Shown here piece by piece: positions 48,788-64,000 of a DNA stretch of 64,000 nt; the stretch's first letter is position 1, and every line of letters begins with the position of its first letter. Source of the DNA: Octopus sinensis (Eukaryota); NCBI RefSeq assembly GCF_006345805.1, contig NC_042999.1, forward strand, positions 33,914,001 to 33,978,000, given 5' to 3'. Position numbers and translations under genes: made by a program. A model generated the notes under the pieces. The model saw nothing but the letters and a program-made list of their open reading frames with translations. It made no database searches and was not told where the DNA came from.

Positions 48788-49086
48788 GGTATATATATAT
48801 AAATGTATCATTATACATAATTGGGATAAAATCATTATTTAATGATCTATCAGTGGCCAGCATACTAAAATACCATTAATGTTTAATAGATATTAAAATT
48901 ATAATAAGAATGTTGAATGATTACAACACTTATCTGCTAGAAATAGATCCCGATAGGTCAATGAACCACTTAGATTATTACCCTATTACAGAAGGTTGTA
49001 AGCGAGGAAAATATACAGCGAGGATTGATAAAATTAATTTTTTATATGTAAACATTTGTATTTATATGCATTCATACGCACACACA

Positions 49087-49205
<119 letters not shown>

Positions 49206-49319
49206 GATTCAGCATGGCCGAAGTCAAATAACGGAAACAAGTGAATGAACAGAGTAAAAGAATATGTACATACATGTGTATTAAAGAAACTAAGCAACAT
49301 TGGAATCCAAGGGATTAAA

Positions 49320-49950
49320 CTCCCAACATGTGATGATAGATGTGGTTCGATCAGGCTCGGCAAACATAATCAGTAGCGTCCCACAACCTCTGTGTTGGGT
49401 CCACTCCTTTTTCTGGCTTCACAAAAATGACATCATTGTCGTCATCAAACAGTTGTTTTAGAATTATCGCGGATGACTAATGTTTTGAAAGGCGTGAATT
49501 GGGCGATTTTTTTGTCTGTTATCTGATAGACAGAGAAACACAATATGCAGATTAACGGGAATATATTTGAATGAATTCTCTTGGGTAAGGTAGCCGCACT
49601 TGCCTCGTATGCAAACGTCATGACATCAAACACCACTACGGTATTCGGTATAACTGTCGACAACAATATAAGCTGGAGTGGCCACATATATAACGAAATC
49701 GACATGGCCTGCAAGGCTTGCTCTTTGATCCTTAAGAGTTTGGGGCTAGAGATGCTCATACCATTATCCTCCTCCTTTCAACCCTCACCCATCCCCAACT
49801 TGGATACTGTTTTCTGCTGTGTCCTCCCGAAACAAAGCAAAATATAAAATTTGAAGAACACCAGAAATTCATCATAAGAAAGTAGTGATGTATAGTGTTA
49901 ATCGGGTTAGTCTCGAGAAGCTCAATTTTATTCCATCCAATGCCGTTGCA
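49320..49950 (+). pseudogene. Degenerate CR1/L2-type RT fragment
   Basis: SVPQ..SVLGPLLF-like, NDI, ADD and FGITVDNNISWSGHI motifs with frameshifts. Confidence 0.65.
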
Positions 49951-49977
49951 AGAGTTATATCATTTGCAAGTTGAAGA

Positions 49978-50801
49978 CGGCGAGATGGCAGAAATGTTAG
50001 CACGCCGGGCGAAGTGCTTAGCGGTATTTCGTCAGCCGCTCTGTTCTGAATTCAAATTCCGCCGAATCGACTTTGCCTTTCATCCTTTCGGGGTCGATAA
50101 ATTAAGTACCAGTTACGCACTGGGGTCGATGTAATCGACTTAATACCTATGTCTGTCCTTGTTTGTCCTCTCTGTGTTTAGCCCCTTGTGGGTAATAAAG
50201 AAATAGAAATAGGTATTTCGTCAGCCGCTTTGTTCTAAATTCAAATTCCGCGCAGGTCGACATTGCCTTTCATCCTTTCGGGGTCGATTAACTAAGTACC
50301 AGTTACGCACTGGGGTCGATATAATCGACTTAATCCGTTTGTCTGTCCTTGTTTGTCCCCTCTATGTTTAGCCCCTTGTGGGCAATAAAGAAATAAGAAA
50401 CGTTAGCACGCCGGGCGAAATGCTTAGCGGTATTTCGTCTGCAGCTACGTTCTGAGTTCAAATTCCGCCGATATCGACTCTGCCTTTCATCCTTTCGGGT
50501 TCAATAAATAAAGTACCAGTTTCGCACTGGGGTCGATGTAATCGACTTAATCCCTTTGTCTGTCCTTGTTTGTCCCTCTATGTTTAGCCCCTTGTGGGCA
50601 ATAAAGAAATAAGAAACGTTAGCACGCCGGGCGAAATGCTTAGTAGTATTTCGTCTGCAACTACGTTCTGAGTTCAAATTCCTTTCGGGTTCAAAAAATA
50701 AAGTACCAGTTTCGCGCTGGGGTCGATGTAATCGATTTAATCCCTTTGTCTGTCCTTGTTTGTCCCCTCTATGTTTAGCTCCTTGTGGGTAGTAAAGAAA
50801 T
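49978..50801 (+). mobile_element. Head-to-tail array of four SINE family C units
   Basis: Units start at 49978, about 50212, 50401 and 50617 (period 216 bp between the last two), each ending in ...ccttgtggg(c/t)a(a/g)taaagaaata. Confidence 0.9.
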
Positions 50802-51167
50802 ATATATCATTTGCGCGTTGTGGTAAAAATGCCAAATGATACTGCCATCATCTATAAAAGTTAACCCAAAGTTTCGCCGCTGTGCCTTCCGTCATCTACA
50901 AAAGTCATGCCCGAGTCATTAAGACTTTAATTCACTTCTACTGGCCCAGTTTTCTTTAACATCATGACAAGATACCTGAGAGAAGAAAAAAAATCGCGTA
51001 ACATCCAAACGAGTCTTGGACAAATATCGCCAACAAATTTCAGATAAAACATTTACACCCGGATGTATAGTCGCAAAAAAATAATTCTTCACTCGAAGTG
51101 ATGCTCTTAAGTTATACTTGCCAACGGTTAATTATGACAGAAAATTATCCAAGTGTGCGTGTGTGTG

Positions 51168-51230
<63 letters not shown>

Positions 51231-51504
51231 TTTGTGCGTGTATGTGTGTGTTGTATTCGTTAACTGGCTCGTCTACAACATTGGGAGCTCTCCTAGATTC
51301 GGCTTCTTCATGTGTTTCTAATGCGCTTTCACTCTTCTTGGTAAAATCATTTGATTCTTTCCAGCTTGTTCAGGAGTTTAAGTGTCCCTAAGTATTTGCT
51401 TATTATCAGCATTGGAAGTCCTCCTGGCTGCTGTTTGATCTCGATTTTCATTTGCACGGACCATTCTCTTCCTCGCTGCAGCTTTTTTTTTATTGTAAAC
51501 AGGT

Positions 51505-52075
51505 CATCTGTTGGCGGAGATTTATTTTTACGTGTCATACTGATGTCCTCAGGCAAGCAGGAATACCAAGCATGTTTGCACTCCTCACACAAAGACGTAT
51601 GAGATGGCTTGGGCATGTTAGCCGTATGAAAGATGGCAGAATCCCCAAGGTCATACTCTACGGAGAGCTTGCTAGGGGTACCCGGTCTGTCAGTAGACCG
51701 CTCTTACGTTACAAGGATGTTTGCAAAAGGGACATGAAGGCCTACAACATCAATATTAGCGGTTGGGAGACGGTTGCCGGCAACCGTGGAGACTGGCGAC
51801 GTACGTAAGAGAGGGAATACAAAGGAGTGACAGAGAGAGAGAGAGGAGAAATGGAAAGACAAGAAAAGACGTCAACAGGAGACTATGGCATTACAACCAG
51901 CCAGGAACAGTCTTCGCTACATTTGCGCTACCTGCCAGAGGGAGTGTTTGTCCAGGATAGGACTACACAGCCACTGCAGGAAATTTATCAGGACATGAAA
52001 TATAAAAGCCGGACTAGACTACTTTATGCGCAACTCCATTGTCTCCCGAGACAAAAAGGATGCCAACCAACTGCT
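51505..52075 (+). pseudogene. RTE-clade (BovB-like) LINE 3' fragment
   Basis: VLRQAGIPSMFALLTQRRMRWLGHVSRMKDGRIPKVILYGEL...RPLLRYKDVCKRDMK. Confidence 0.88.
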
Positions 52076-52303
52076 GCCGTATGCGATTGGTAACAATAAA
52101 CTACAGAACTGAAAAATTATCATTGTATTTAAGTATTACATTAATATTTAAGCCTAACTTTTAAATGTTCAACGACAATTCTTCTCTAAATTTGAAAACA
52201 ATTTTCGCACTTTTCTCACAAATAATTATGGGTGACTTACGACTGATTTCGCAATTTATTTCCATGTTATAAAAATTGTTACATCAATATGCTAATGGAA
52301 ACA

Positions 52304-52680
52304 CTCCGTCGGTTACGACGATGAGGGTTCCGGTTGATCCGAATCAACTGAACAGCCTGCTCGTGAAATTAACGTGTAAGTGGCTGAGCGCTCCACAGAC
52401 ACGTGCACCCTTAACGGAGTTCTCGGGGATATTCAGCGTGACACAGAGAGTGACAAGGCCGGCCGTTTGAAATACAGGTACAACAGAAACAGGAAGTAAG
52501 ATTGAGAGAAAGTTGTGGTGAAAGAGTACAGCAGGGATCACCACCATCCCCTGCCGGAGCCTCGTGGAGCTGTTAGGTGTTTTCGCTCAATAAACACTCA
52601 CAACGCCCGGTCTGGGAATCGAAACCGCGATCCTATGACCGCGAGTCCGCTGCCCTAACCACTGGGCCATTGCGCCTCCA
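52304..52680 (-). mobile_element. tRNA-derived SINE, family B' (different head and middle, same 3' part as family B)
   Basis: Head ggaggcgcaatggcccagtggttagggc...gtttcgattccc; 52304-52480 is homologous to 343-515. Confidence 0.85.
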
Positions 52681-53558
52681 CAAGAGAAATATACTGCATT
52701 AAATGCAGGTAAAGGTTAGATGCAAAGACACATAGAGGAGGGAGAGAGGACGGAGGGGGAAGAGAGAAAAAAGATTTAGAGATAGAGATTGGGTGAACAA
52801 AAGGAATGGATCGAGAATGATAGTGAAAGAGAAAACGCTGGTAATATTTTCGTTTTGCACGATATATGATAAAGCCATTGTAACAGTTATTCTATGCCGT
52901 TTGATAGTTACTTGTATAAAATTTCATTAAAAATATCAATTTTCCTGAAAGTTATGAGGCGGACAATGTCAGGTTGTGTGAATTTTCTGAAACTCCTCAA
53001 CCTGGCCCCCTTAGGAAAACTTTTTCCAACAAATTTTAACCTACACTCATGCAACAAGATGTAAGCGATTATTGATGGAATTTATGAAGCAACGCAATCG
53101 GTGGGGGTATACATCTATAATTAAACCCACAATTTTTCGATATTTATTAAATGAAGTCACTATTTAATGATGCTTACACGTTTTATATTTTCTGTCAAGT
53201 TTTCATAGGTCCAGTGAGTAAAAACTGTTATCGTACAAAAAAAAACTCGTCGCCGAAAAAAATCGCAGTAGTGAAAACTTGAGAATCCAAAATTTCAGGA
53301 TTGCGGGTCTGCATTCGGCCCTGCATGCTTTTAATTTACTGACGGAGTCGGCCTGATTCCAAAATGGTATGATATTTTTGGCTACGGCATCTAGGAATAA
53401 AGTTGAAAATGTGTGACTCATTGACAGGCTGACATTAACATATATTTTGTTATATTATATTATATCATATTATATTATATATATATATACATATATAAAA
53501 CTTACTGGAAACGGACGCGTGACGTTCAGTCATATAATAATATCAATAACATATGTAT

Positions 53559-53620
<62 letters not shown>

Positions 53621-54134
53621 TATTTACATATATATATGTACATATTTACATATATATGTATATACACAGGACGTCATAGAACTTAGACAACATGAAATAC
53701 GAAATACGAAAACATGGAATACGAAGTTTTTTGCGAACAACGAAAGAAACATAGAGACAAAAAGACAAAACATGAAGAACGAGCCTTCATCAGTTGTCGG
53801 CTGGTTTATCTCCTCTATATTTCGAGCATTTTGATAAGATGTGCTTTCGTCAACACAGTTACTCCCGTAAAGCAAATTAAATAACATTTCGGATTTCCGC
53901 AGGGTCAAAAATCAATAGCAAAAAAGGACAATGTAAACGGTAAGCCATGACCAGGTGAGGTGGCGGCCGCTGGATAAACAAGCTTTGACAGCAGATGCAA
54001 GGATGCCACTGATATCTTGTAGCGGATAGGAAGAAAAGAAATAAATTCGAGTTAGGAAAAGGAAGATGGCGTATGGTTACGTGTGAGCAACGAGAGAGTA
54101 AAGGAGGAAGAGTGAGGGAGAGAGAGGGACAGTC

Positions 54135-54330
54135 ATGAAACTTTCAGTCATTAAACTGCAGCCATGCTAACGCAACGCCTTCACGAATTGTGCATCGAGT
54201 ACATATTTATTTTAAGCCCGCTACTTATTCTCTCGGTGTCTTCTGCCGGGTCGCAACACGCAGTGGATCTGAACCCGAAACTATGTGGTTGGGAGGCAAA
54301 CCTCTTACCACACAAGCATGACTGCACCCA
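54135..54330 (-). mobile_element. Internally deleted degenerate SINE family A
   Basis: Tail (tttcagtcattaaactgcagccatgcta) joined to head (gaacccgaaactatgtggttggg...cttaccacaca). Confidence 0.6.
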
Positions 54331-55047
54331 TGTTTGCTTAACAGTGAATTTATGAAATAACAGTAATACGGTTGGATTTAAAACTAGATAAATTTGCAAC
54401 CTTAGTAGATAATAGACACGCACCTACGCAAAACCACACATACCCAGAAATTCACACGCACGCACACACTCACACACACATATGCACACACAAACACACA
54501 TATGAGCCACAGTAAAATAAAGCAAGACAACATATTTGATAAATGTTTTGCCATTATTACTTCAATTCTCCCTTATCAAAACTTTCTAGACACACTTTCT
54601 TGGCGTTGTACTGCAGACTAAATAAAGCGATGGTGAAACCTTATATGTTTGTTCCCGATTCATTAGTTACATCAGTTCATTAACTGGCAGCAATTCATAA
54701 GGATTAATGAGAAATAAATTACTCGCAATATACTATGTATGCTATTAGATGCAGGGAGGAGCTTAAGACGTTTCAACTACCTTGGATGTATGTCAATTAT
54801 ACCACCGACACACTAAAATCTCTGTGGAGTTACAGATACAAAGATCCAGGTCTCCGTAGAAGGTATAAAAATAACTTTCAAGAAATTAAAGTGATTTATT
54901 GACGTAGAAGGTGTTAAATGTTTCTCATATCGATTTCTATAGGCTGAAAAATGTCATTTTATAATTCACGGGGCTATAGATCACGGCCCATGTTAACTCC
55001 TTCGAATTTACATGAGACCCTTTGACTACAGTGGAACTTTCATTTGA

Positions 55048-55138
55048 CTTTGGCCTGATGAGTAGCTAGCGGAGTACCCCTAGTTTTGTAATTACTACTT
55101 CCGAGTTTCTGCTAGCTAGGAACATATATACCCTAGAC
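55048..55138 (+). ncRNA. Decayed hammerhead motif
   Basis: CTGATGA (55055-55061), 12-bp stem II TAGCTAGCGGAG/TTCTGCTAGCTA, then GGAACATATATA (compare CGAAACATATGTA); about 30 nt upstream of (TA)n. Confidence 0.5.
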
Positions 55139-55165
55139 TTTACCTACTTCATTTCCTAAATTTAC

Positions 55166-55224
<59 letters not shown>

Positions 55225-55764
55225 TATATAATATATATATATATCACAAGAAGACAAAAATCACATTCATGCACACAATTGAAAATAACCTAGAATAGCT
55301 GCTCGCTTGTTTCGACGAGGAGAATTTCCACTTTCTATCGACTGAAATATTTGTGATTTGAAGTAGCTTTAATGCAATTGAGCACTTCATAATCACGAGT
55401 AGCTATATCGACATTTTCAGTTATAAGCAGTTTGACACTTTGCGTCAAGGGTTAATATAAATTTACTAAAAATTCCTACGTTGCATGCGTCTACAATGTT
55501 TCTTCTCGTTATAATTATCTGTCAGGTGAGAAAGTTAGTGATGAAATTTCGATACTAGTTAAAATACATCATTTTATTCAATAGTAAATACATTTTTATA
55601 GGACATTTACAGATGCATTAACCGACGAGAAGCTATAGTAAAAGACTATTAGACAAGATACCACACAATGAGATTCAACCAGGAATCTTGTGATTGCGAA
55701 TTTACAATTAGATTATGAATGCCTAGGTACAATTATGCCTACATACCTACCTACTTATATCGGT

Positions 55765-56128
55765 AAACAGACCTACATGCACACATACGAACATATATGC
55801 ATACACACATATATATACATATTTCTTTACTACCCACAAGGGGCTAAACAGACCTACATGCACACATACGAACATATATGCATACACACATATATACATA
55901 TTTCTTTACTACCCACAAGGGGCTAAACACAGAGAGGACAAACAAGGACAGACAAGCGGATTAAGTCGATTATATCGACCCCAGTGCGTAACTGGTACTT
56001 ATTTAATCGACCCCGAAAGGATGAAAGGCAAAGTCGACCCCGGCGGAATTTGAACTCAGAACGTAATGGCAGACGAAATACCGTTTAGCATTTCGCCCGG
56101 TCTGCTAACGATTCTGCCAGCTCGCCGC
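55765..56128 (-). mobile_element. SINE family C with an 80-bp tandem duplication of its 3' end plus flank
   Basis: Head at 56128; aaacagacctacatgcacac...cccacaaggggct is repeated at 55765-55844 and 55845-55924. Confidence 0.88.
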
Positions 56129-56479
56129 CTCTATATACATACATATATACAAGTGTACATTTTCTAATAAAAATGTACATACAAGCAAACATGCATGCAC
56201 ACATACACAAGACATGCATGCATTCACACAGAGTGACATACAAGCTTATATGTTTGTCATAGGGAATTTGGGATGATAAGTCATTCTGTGGTGAAGTAAT
56301 GTGACATTTACAATATCATAGTGATTTATAGATTTTCATTTGTACATTTTGTCAGTGGGCACTAGAATGTGAAACAACGTCCGCAAAAAAGACTACGATT
56401 CCTGAGTTCCTCCGAGAAAAAAAATAGCAAATTTATTTGTATATTCCAAATTGAAGCCCTCTTTTACTCTTTTTTAATC

Positions 56480-56890
56480 TTTTACTCTTTTAATTGTTTC
56501 AGTCATTTGAGCACCGCCTTTAGTCATGGAGCACCGCCTTTAGTCGAGCAAATCGACCACGGGACGTATTCTTTGTAAGCCCAGTACTTATTCTATCGGT
56601 CTCTTTTGCTGAACCGCTAAGTGACGGGGACGTAAACACACCAGCATCGGTTGTCAAGTAATGCTAGGGGGACAAACACAGACACACAAACACGCACACA
56701 GGCATACATATATACATATATACGACGGGCTTCTTTCAGTTTCCATCTACCAAATCCACTCACAAGGCATTGGTCGGCCCGGGGCTAAAGCAGAAGACAC
56801 TTGCCCAAGATGCCACACAGTGGGACTGAACCCGAAACCTTGTGGTTGGTTAGCAAGCTACTTACCACACAGCCACTCCTGTGCCTATAA
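56480..56890 (-). mobile_element. SINE family A, full length
   Basis: Complete match, with a small duplication at the tail (tgagcaccgcctttagtc...). Confidence 0.88.
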
Positions 56891-56979
56891 GCCACTCCTG
56901 CGCCATTAAGTTTTTCAGTGAAAATTTGTAAACTATTCCCACGACATTCAAATTCACTTCAATTATGTATGAAGGTATG

Positions 56980-60122
<3,143 letters not shown>

Positions 60123-60165
60123 AATATATATATATAATATATATATATATTTATTGTATAGAAGG

Positions 60166-60216
60166 AGCTTCTACAGGACTAGAACTGTTTCATTCAAGAG
60201 AAATCTTCAGGAAGCT
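60166..60216 (-). ncRNA. Solo type I hammerhead ribozyme
   Basis: AGCTTC-CTGAAGA-TTTC(TCTT)GAAT-GAA-ACAG(TTCTAGTC)CTGT-A-GAAGCT; canonical core, perfect stem I and 4-bp stem III, U-U mismatch at the base of stem II. Confidence 0.75.
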
Positions 60217-60710
60217 AGCGACCTACATATATATATATATATATTGATACAGATATACATTTGTAAACTATTTGATAGTCATGATGTTTTAGCGAAGACA
60301 CTCTATAATGAAATGCTTCGGACTGATAACCACGAGGACAAGGAAATAAGAAACCACAGTATGGTGGAAACTATAACCACTCATAATAAAAAGTAGTGGT
60401 AGAATGACGTAGTGAGGACCTCAATAATGTGTAAGCACAAGAGACCTGATATAAGGATTTGTGACAGAGAAGAGTAACTGCATACAGTTGCGGAAATTAG
60501 CTGCCCGACGGGTGTTCGAGAAAGCTGTTTCGAAGACTATAGACCCAATCCATCACTAGAACTGTAAATATCTGTAACAATTTCCAGAATTTCAACATTT
60601 AAATATATATGAGTATGTCCAGACATGCAACGACATTTATGAGAATGAATAGATAAAGCAAAATATAAAAATCTGCACGTATGCATACATACATGCATGC
60701 ATACATACAC

Positions 60711-60741
<31 letters not shown>

Positions 60742-60794
60742 CATACATACATGCATACATACATACATACGTACATACATACATACATACATAC

Positions 60795-62033
60795 AGGCAT
60801 TTGGAAGAGAAGACCTTCGCTGAAGCCACAGGAATCCGTAAAAAGGAGGTAAGTGTGAAGAATCTGAGAAGGTTTGAAAACATTGTGGATTGGAATGGTG
60901 GTGATGCTACATTGTCACCACCCGAGGAAATAATGGAAAAAATGTTGGAGAGGATCATTGTCTATAAGGTGTACTCAATGAAAGACAAGAAGATCACTTT
61001 AGAGTCAACAGAAGTAATCGAGAGAGCACTGAGGCCTATTTGGCGAGATATAATTTTCCTTGTCATAGGAAGCCGTTTCGGAACAGTGAAAGTTCATTTC
61101 AAAAGTATCGAGGAAACAAGGGAACACACAGTAACACCCCAGAAAACGGACAAAGTAGTCCTCCTTCCAGTGTACTTGGGAAGAAAGACTGCCAGAGTCA
61201 AGGTGGAAGGAATTCCCCCGGAAAGAGACGTGACTTGGTTGGCGGCAGCAATGCTTCCGGGAAGCGAAGAGGAAGTAACAGTCATCCATGCCACAGAGAC
61301 AGAAGCTACGAACTGGCAGGGTAAGACTCGAAATCATAATTCAGTGCACTACGGAATATTTGGAAAAAGTGGCAGAGACATTGACAACAGGTGAAGTGAT
61401 GTTAAGAGTATGGGTGGAGGGTAGAATCCTTCGCTGCTTGAAGTGTGGCCAAAAGGTCCACATCAGAGCAGAGCGCCCGGAGAAAAACAGAGCCGAAAGG
61501 AAAAATGGAAGGTACCAGAAAACGTGGAAGAAATGGCAGAGAAGGAGGAAGAAACGTGGAATGTGGTAAAGTAAAGAAAGAGGAAAAAAAGAAGTCATGA
61601 TGAACAGGAACACCAACCCACACCCATCTCACCCATACCCCCCAGCCCCACCTTCCTCCTGCAGACACCAAACACACCCATTCCCTCCCGATGAAGAATG
61701 AAAAGGAAAACGTACAGACACACACGAAAACACAAACCTCCCCTCCCAATTGTTATTTAGTTATAATTTTTGAAGAAGTTGATGCAGACTTGTTAAGTAA
61801 AATATCAAAATGAAAGGACATAAAACGAGTGAACTCAGAAGGAAAATCATGGCACAAAAGTTTTGTGGGACCTAAGAATAGATTGAAGGAAATATACGAA
61901 CACATGTGTGGTTGCTCATGTTGGAGAATTGACGTAATATAGAAGATATAGCAGAAAACGTGAGATATGATGAACTAACTAAAAAATACGGCATTGGCAT
62001 GCCGGTGAACGAAGGAATTGAAGGAATTAAGTG
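60795..62033 (+). pseudogene. L1/Tx1-type ORF1 (gag-like) pseudogene without adjacent ORF2
   Basis: EKTFAEATG...RFGTVKVHF...PVYLGRKTARVKVEGIPP, frameshift, then VWVEGRILRCLKCGQKVHIRAERP (decayed CX2CX4HX4C), basic and Pro-rich linker, and a further degenerate coding segment to about 62033. Confidence 0.65.
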
Positions 62034-62168
62034 ACGCTACCTGAGGTGGGGCAGGGAGCTCATTTCCATTTATCATTTTCATCTTCATGCATTATATCAC
62101 ACGTTTTTTGTTTTTTATGTTACATGAACCCACATGTCTGTGCATGTCCCCCCTTTGTTGGCCCCTTT

Positions 62169-62244
<76 letters not shown>

Positions 62245-62602
62245 CTTATATACATATATACATACATACATACAAAAATGCTTTGTTGTTGATGTAGACA
62301 TTCCAATGAAGGAGTCTTTTCTGTTTTTCTCTTTTTCTATTGGAAAAAAATCTTGAAATAAAACTGAAAAATGACCTACATAAAAGAAAAATACAATCCA
62401 AACAGTATAGATATTTACCATATAAATGTATGGTGGGTTAAGCGAAATACTAATGTGAAAATCACAAAATAACCTGGGCAGATGTACCAAAAAGGGTTCA
62501 ACTCCTATTGCTAGCAATATTAGTAGTAGCCAGTACTCTAAGTCGCAATTATCGACGATTTTTTGGTTTTGTATTGCGTATGGCTGCGTACGCGAGTTTA
62601 TA

Positions 62603-62655
<53 letters not shown>

Positions 62656-64000
62656 TTACAGATAGAGATTTGGTATTTGAATTAAAGTTGTTGATTATCC
62701 AGGAACACTTGATAAATTGATGACAAGTCAATAGCTTTGGATGATATAAACACTAAAGCTGAAGGCGAGAAAAAGTTGCTGACATGGAAGGCTCGAAGCT
62801 ATCCGAATATTGAAATAGAGTTACATGTATGATGATGATTTGCACTGGATATCAAAAGGCTGGCATCACGACTTCTAATTAATGCTTAGTGCACATTGTA
62901 AACACACACAGCAACTATACCCTCAGTCCTTTTGTCCCTGCATTAATAACAATGACAAATCATCCAGCACCACAAAATTACTTGATCCATCTAACTGACA
63001 GATCAGATGAAATTTAAAATCTCTAATCCACTTGGTATCCTGGGTGTAATATACCAACACCTACGTATGCTGCAGATACGTTTCTGTAACACATTCGCAA
63101 ACTGTGGACAACTGTAGAGAGCTTACTAACATTTAATTAAATGAAATACAGAGCATAGAGTTTTCAGCCGTATTCCATTTAAGAGAAATAATGATAAATT
63201 TACAATGCTAAACATCGTGCTACTTGCACACGTAATAGTCGTAGATATAATAGAAGCATGCACCATTAAACTCTTGTGCCCCAACATGCCTAAGGATTAT
63301 GCATGACCTGCATGCTTGGGGATTGAATACGCTTCTCCTGTATAAATATTCTAAGGAAATATGTAATGAGAGACATGTAAGCGGAAAGATGATACTCGTT
63401 GTTCATGTGTGTATGGTTATAACCCATATACACATATAAATACATACATTTTCAGACAGACAGGCAGATAGATATAGACGTGGAAACACTGGAGAAAAGC
63501 TAAAAATACGTTAAATGTTTATATTTATTTAGGCTTTTTCAAAAACGAAGGCACAAATATTTGGTTCGCCAAAAAGGACATTCTATTACTCGGGACACTA
63601 AACTTCTAGCACTCTCATAAGTAACTAAGTACAGTCCGTCTCTTGCGCATGAACACACAAGTTACATACTTAATATTTCGACGTAGTCCCGACGCCATAT
63701 CACGACAGGACAGGTTTTATTTTGTGTGCTTGGAATCACCCTGAAAATTGGGAACCAAAACACGTAATGCTTCTTTTATTATTATTTTAGAAACAGTAAC
63801 GATGAAGTCGTTCTCAAGATTTCGATCGGTAAAACTTTTCGAATCAAGATACACCACGCTCAAATCAACCAACTGAGATAAATTGCGACACCAATCCTCC
63901 TTATACAACCAGGATGGTCGCATATGGTCCTTAAATATTGAAACTGAGTGTTGAAATCCACCTGAATCAACAGATGAGCGGCGTACTGCCACAAAGTAAG

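Noticed and set aside
51250-51370. Short acidic minus-strand frame (WKESNDFTKKSESALETHEEAESRR)
   Set aside because: No convincing splice donor; too short to call.
53780-53835. Minus-strand GCTCGAAATATAG followed by CTGATGA
   Set aside because: The halves are in type II order but stems I and II cannot pair; possibly a deleted HHR.
63717-63992. 91-aa minus-strand ORF, and a plus-strand acceptor/donor pair over the same DNA
   Set aside because: No recognisable domain; the plus-strand segment has stops in all frames and the context is cut by the window end.

Overview
This is AT-rich eukaryotic genomic DNA, most likely from a coleoid cephalopod such as Octopus (inferred from the SINE families and microsatellite load; not verified by search). 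It is dominated by microsatellites and transposable elements, and no complete host gene can be called. Only a few candidate isolated exons are visible, including a B-box-like exon with one in-frame TAG. The main content is at least five Penelope-like retroelement (PLE) copies or remnants with RT and/or GIY-YIG coding sequence. One is a 4.77-kb copy capped by a 691-bp inverted copy of its own 3' end, with long Asn-rich insertions in its ORF. By hand folding I find about eleven type I hammerhead ribozyme (HHR) motifs: six with a canonical or near-canonical core, one core variant and four decayed. These include two different intact HHRs in tandem around a 485-nt non-coding segment, and a solo HHR island between (TA)n arrays. 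Also present: a nearly full CR1/L2-type ORF2 whose 3' stem-loop is shared with the main SINE family, L1/Tx1-type, R4/Dong-type and RTE fragments, a mariner nested inside a DD37D (maT)-like transposase, and three tRNA-derived SINE families. The PLE-HHR association is established knowledge; the local arrangements reported as findings are inferences that need testing. Coordinates of degenerate elements are approximate.
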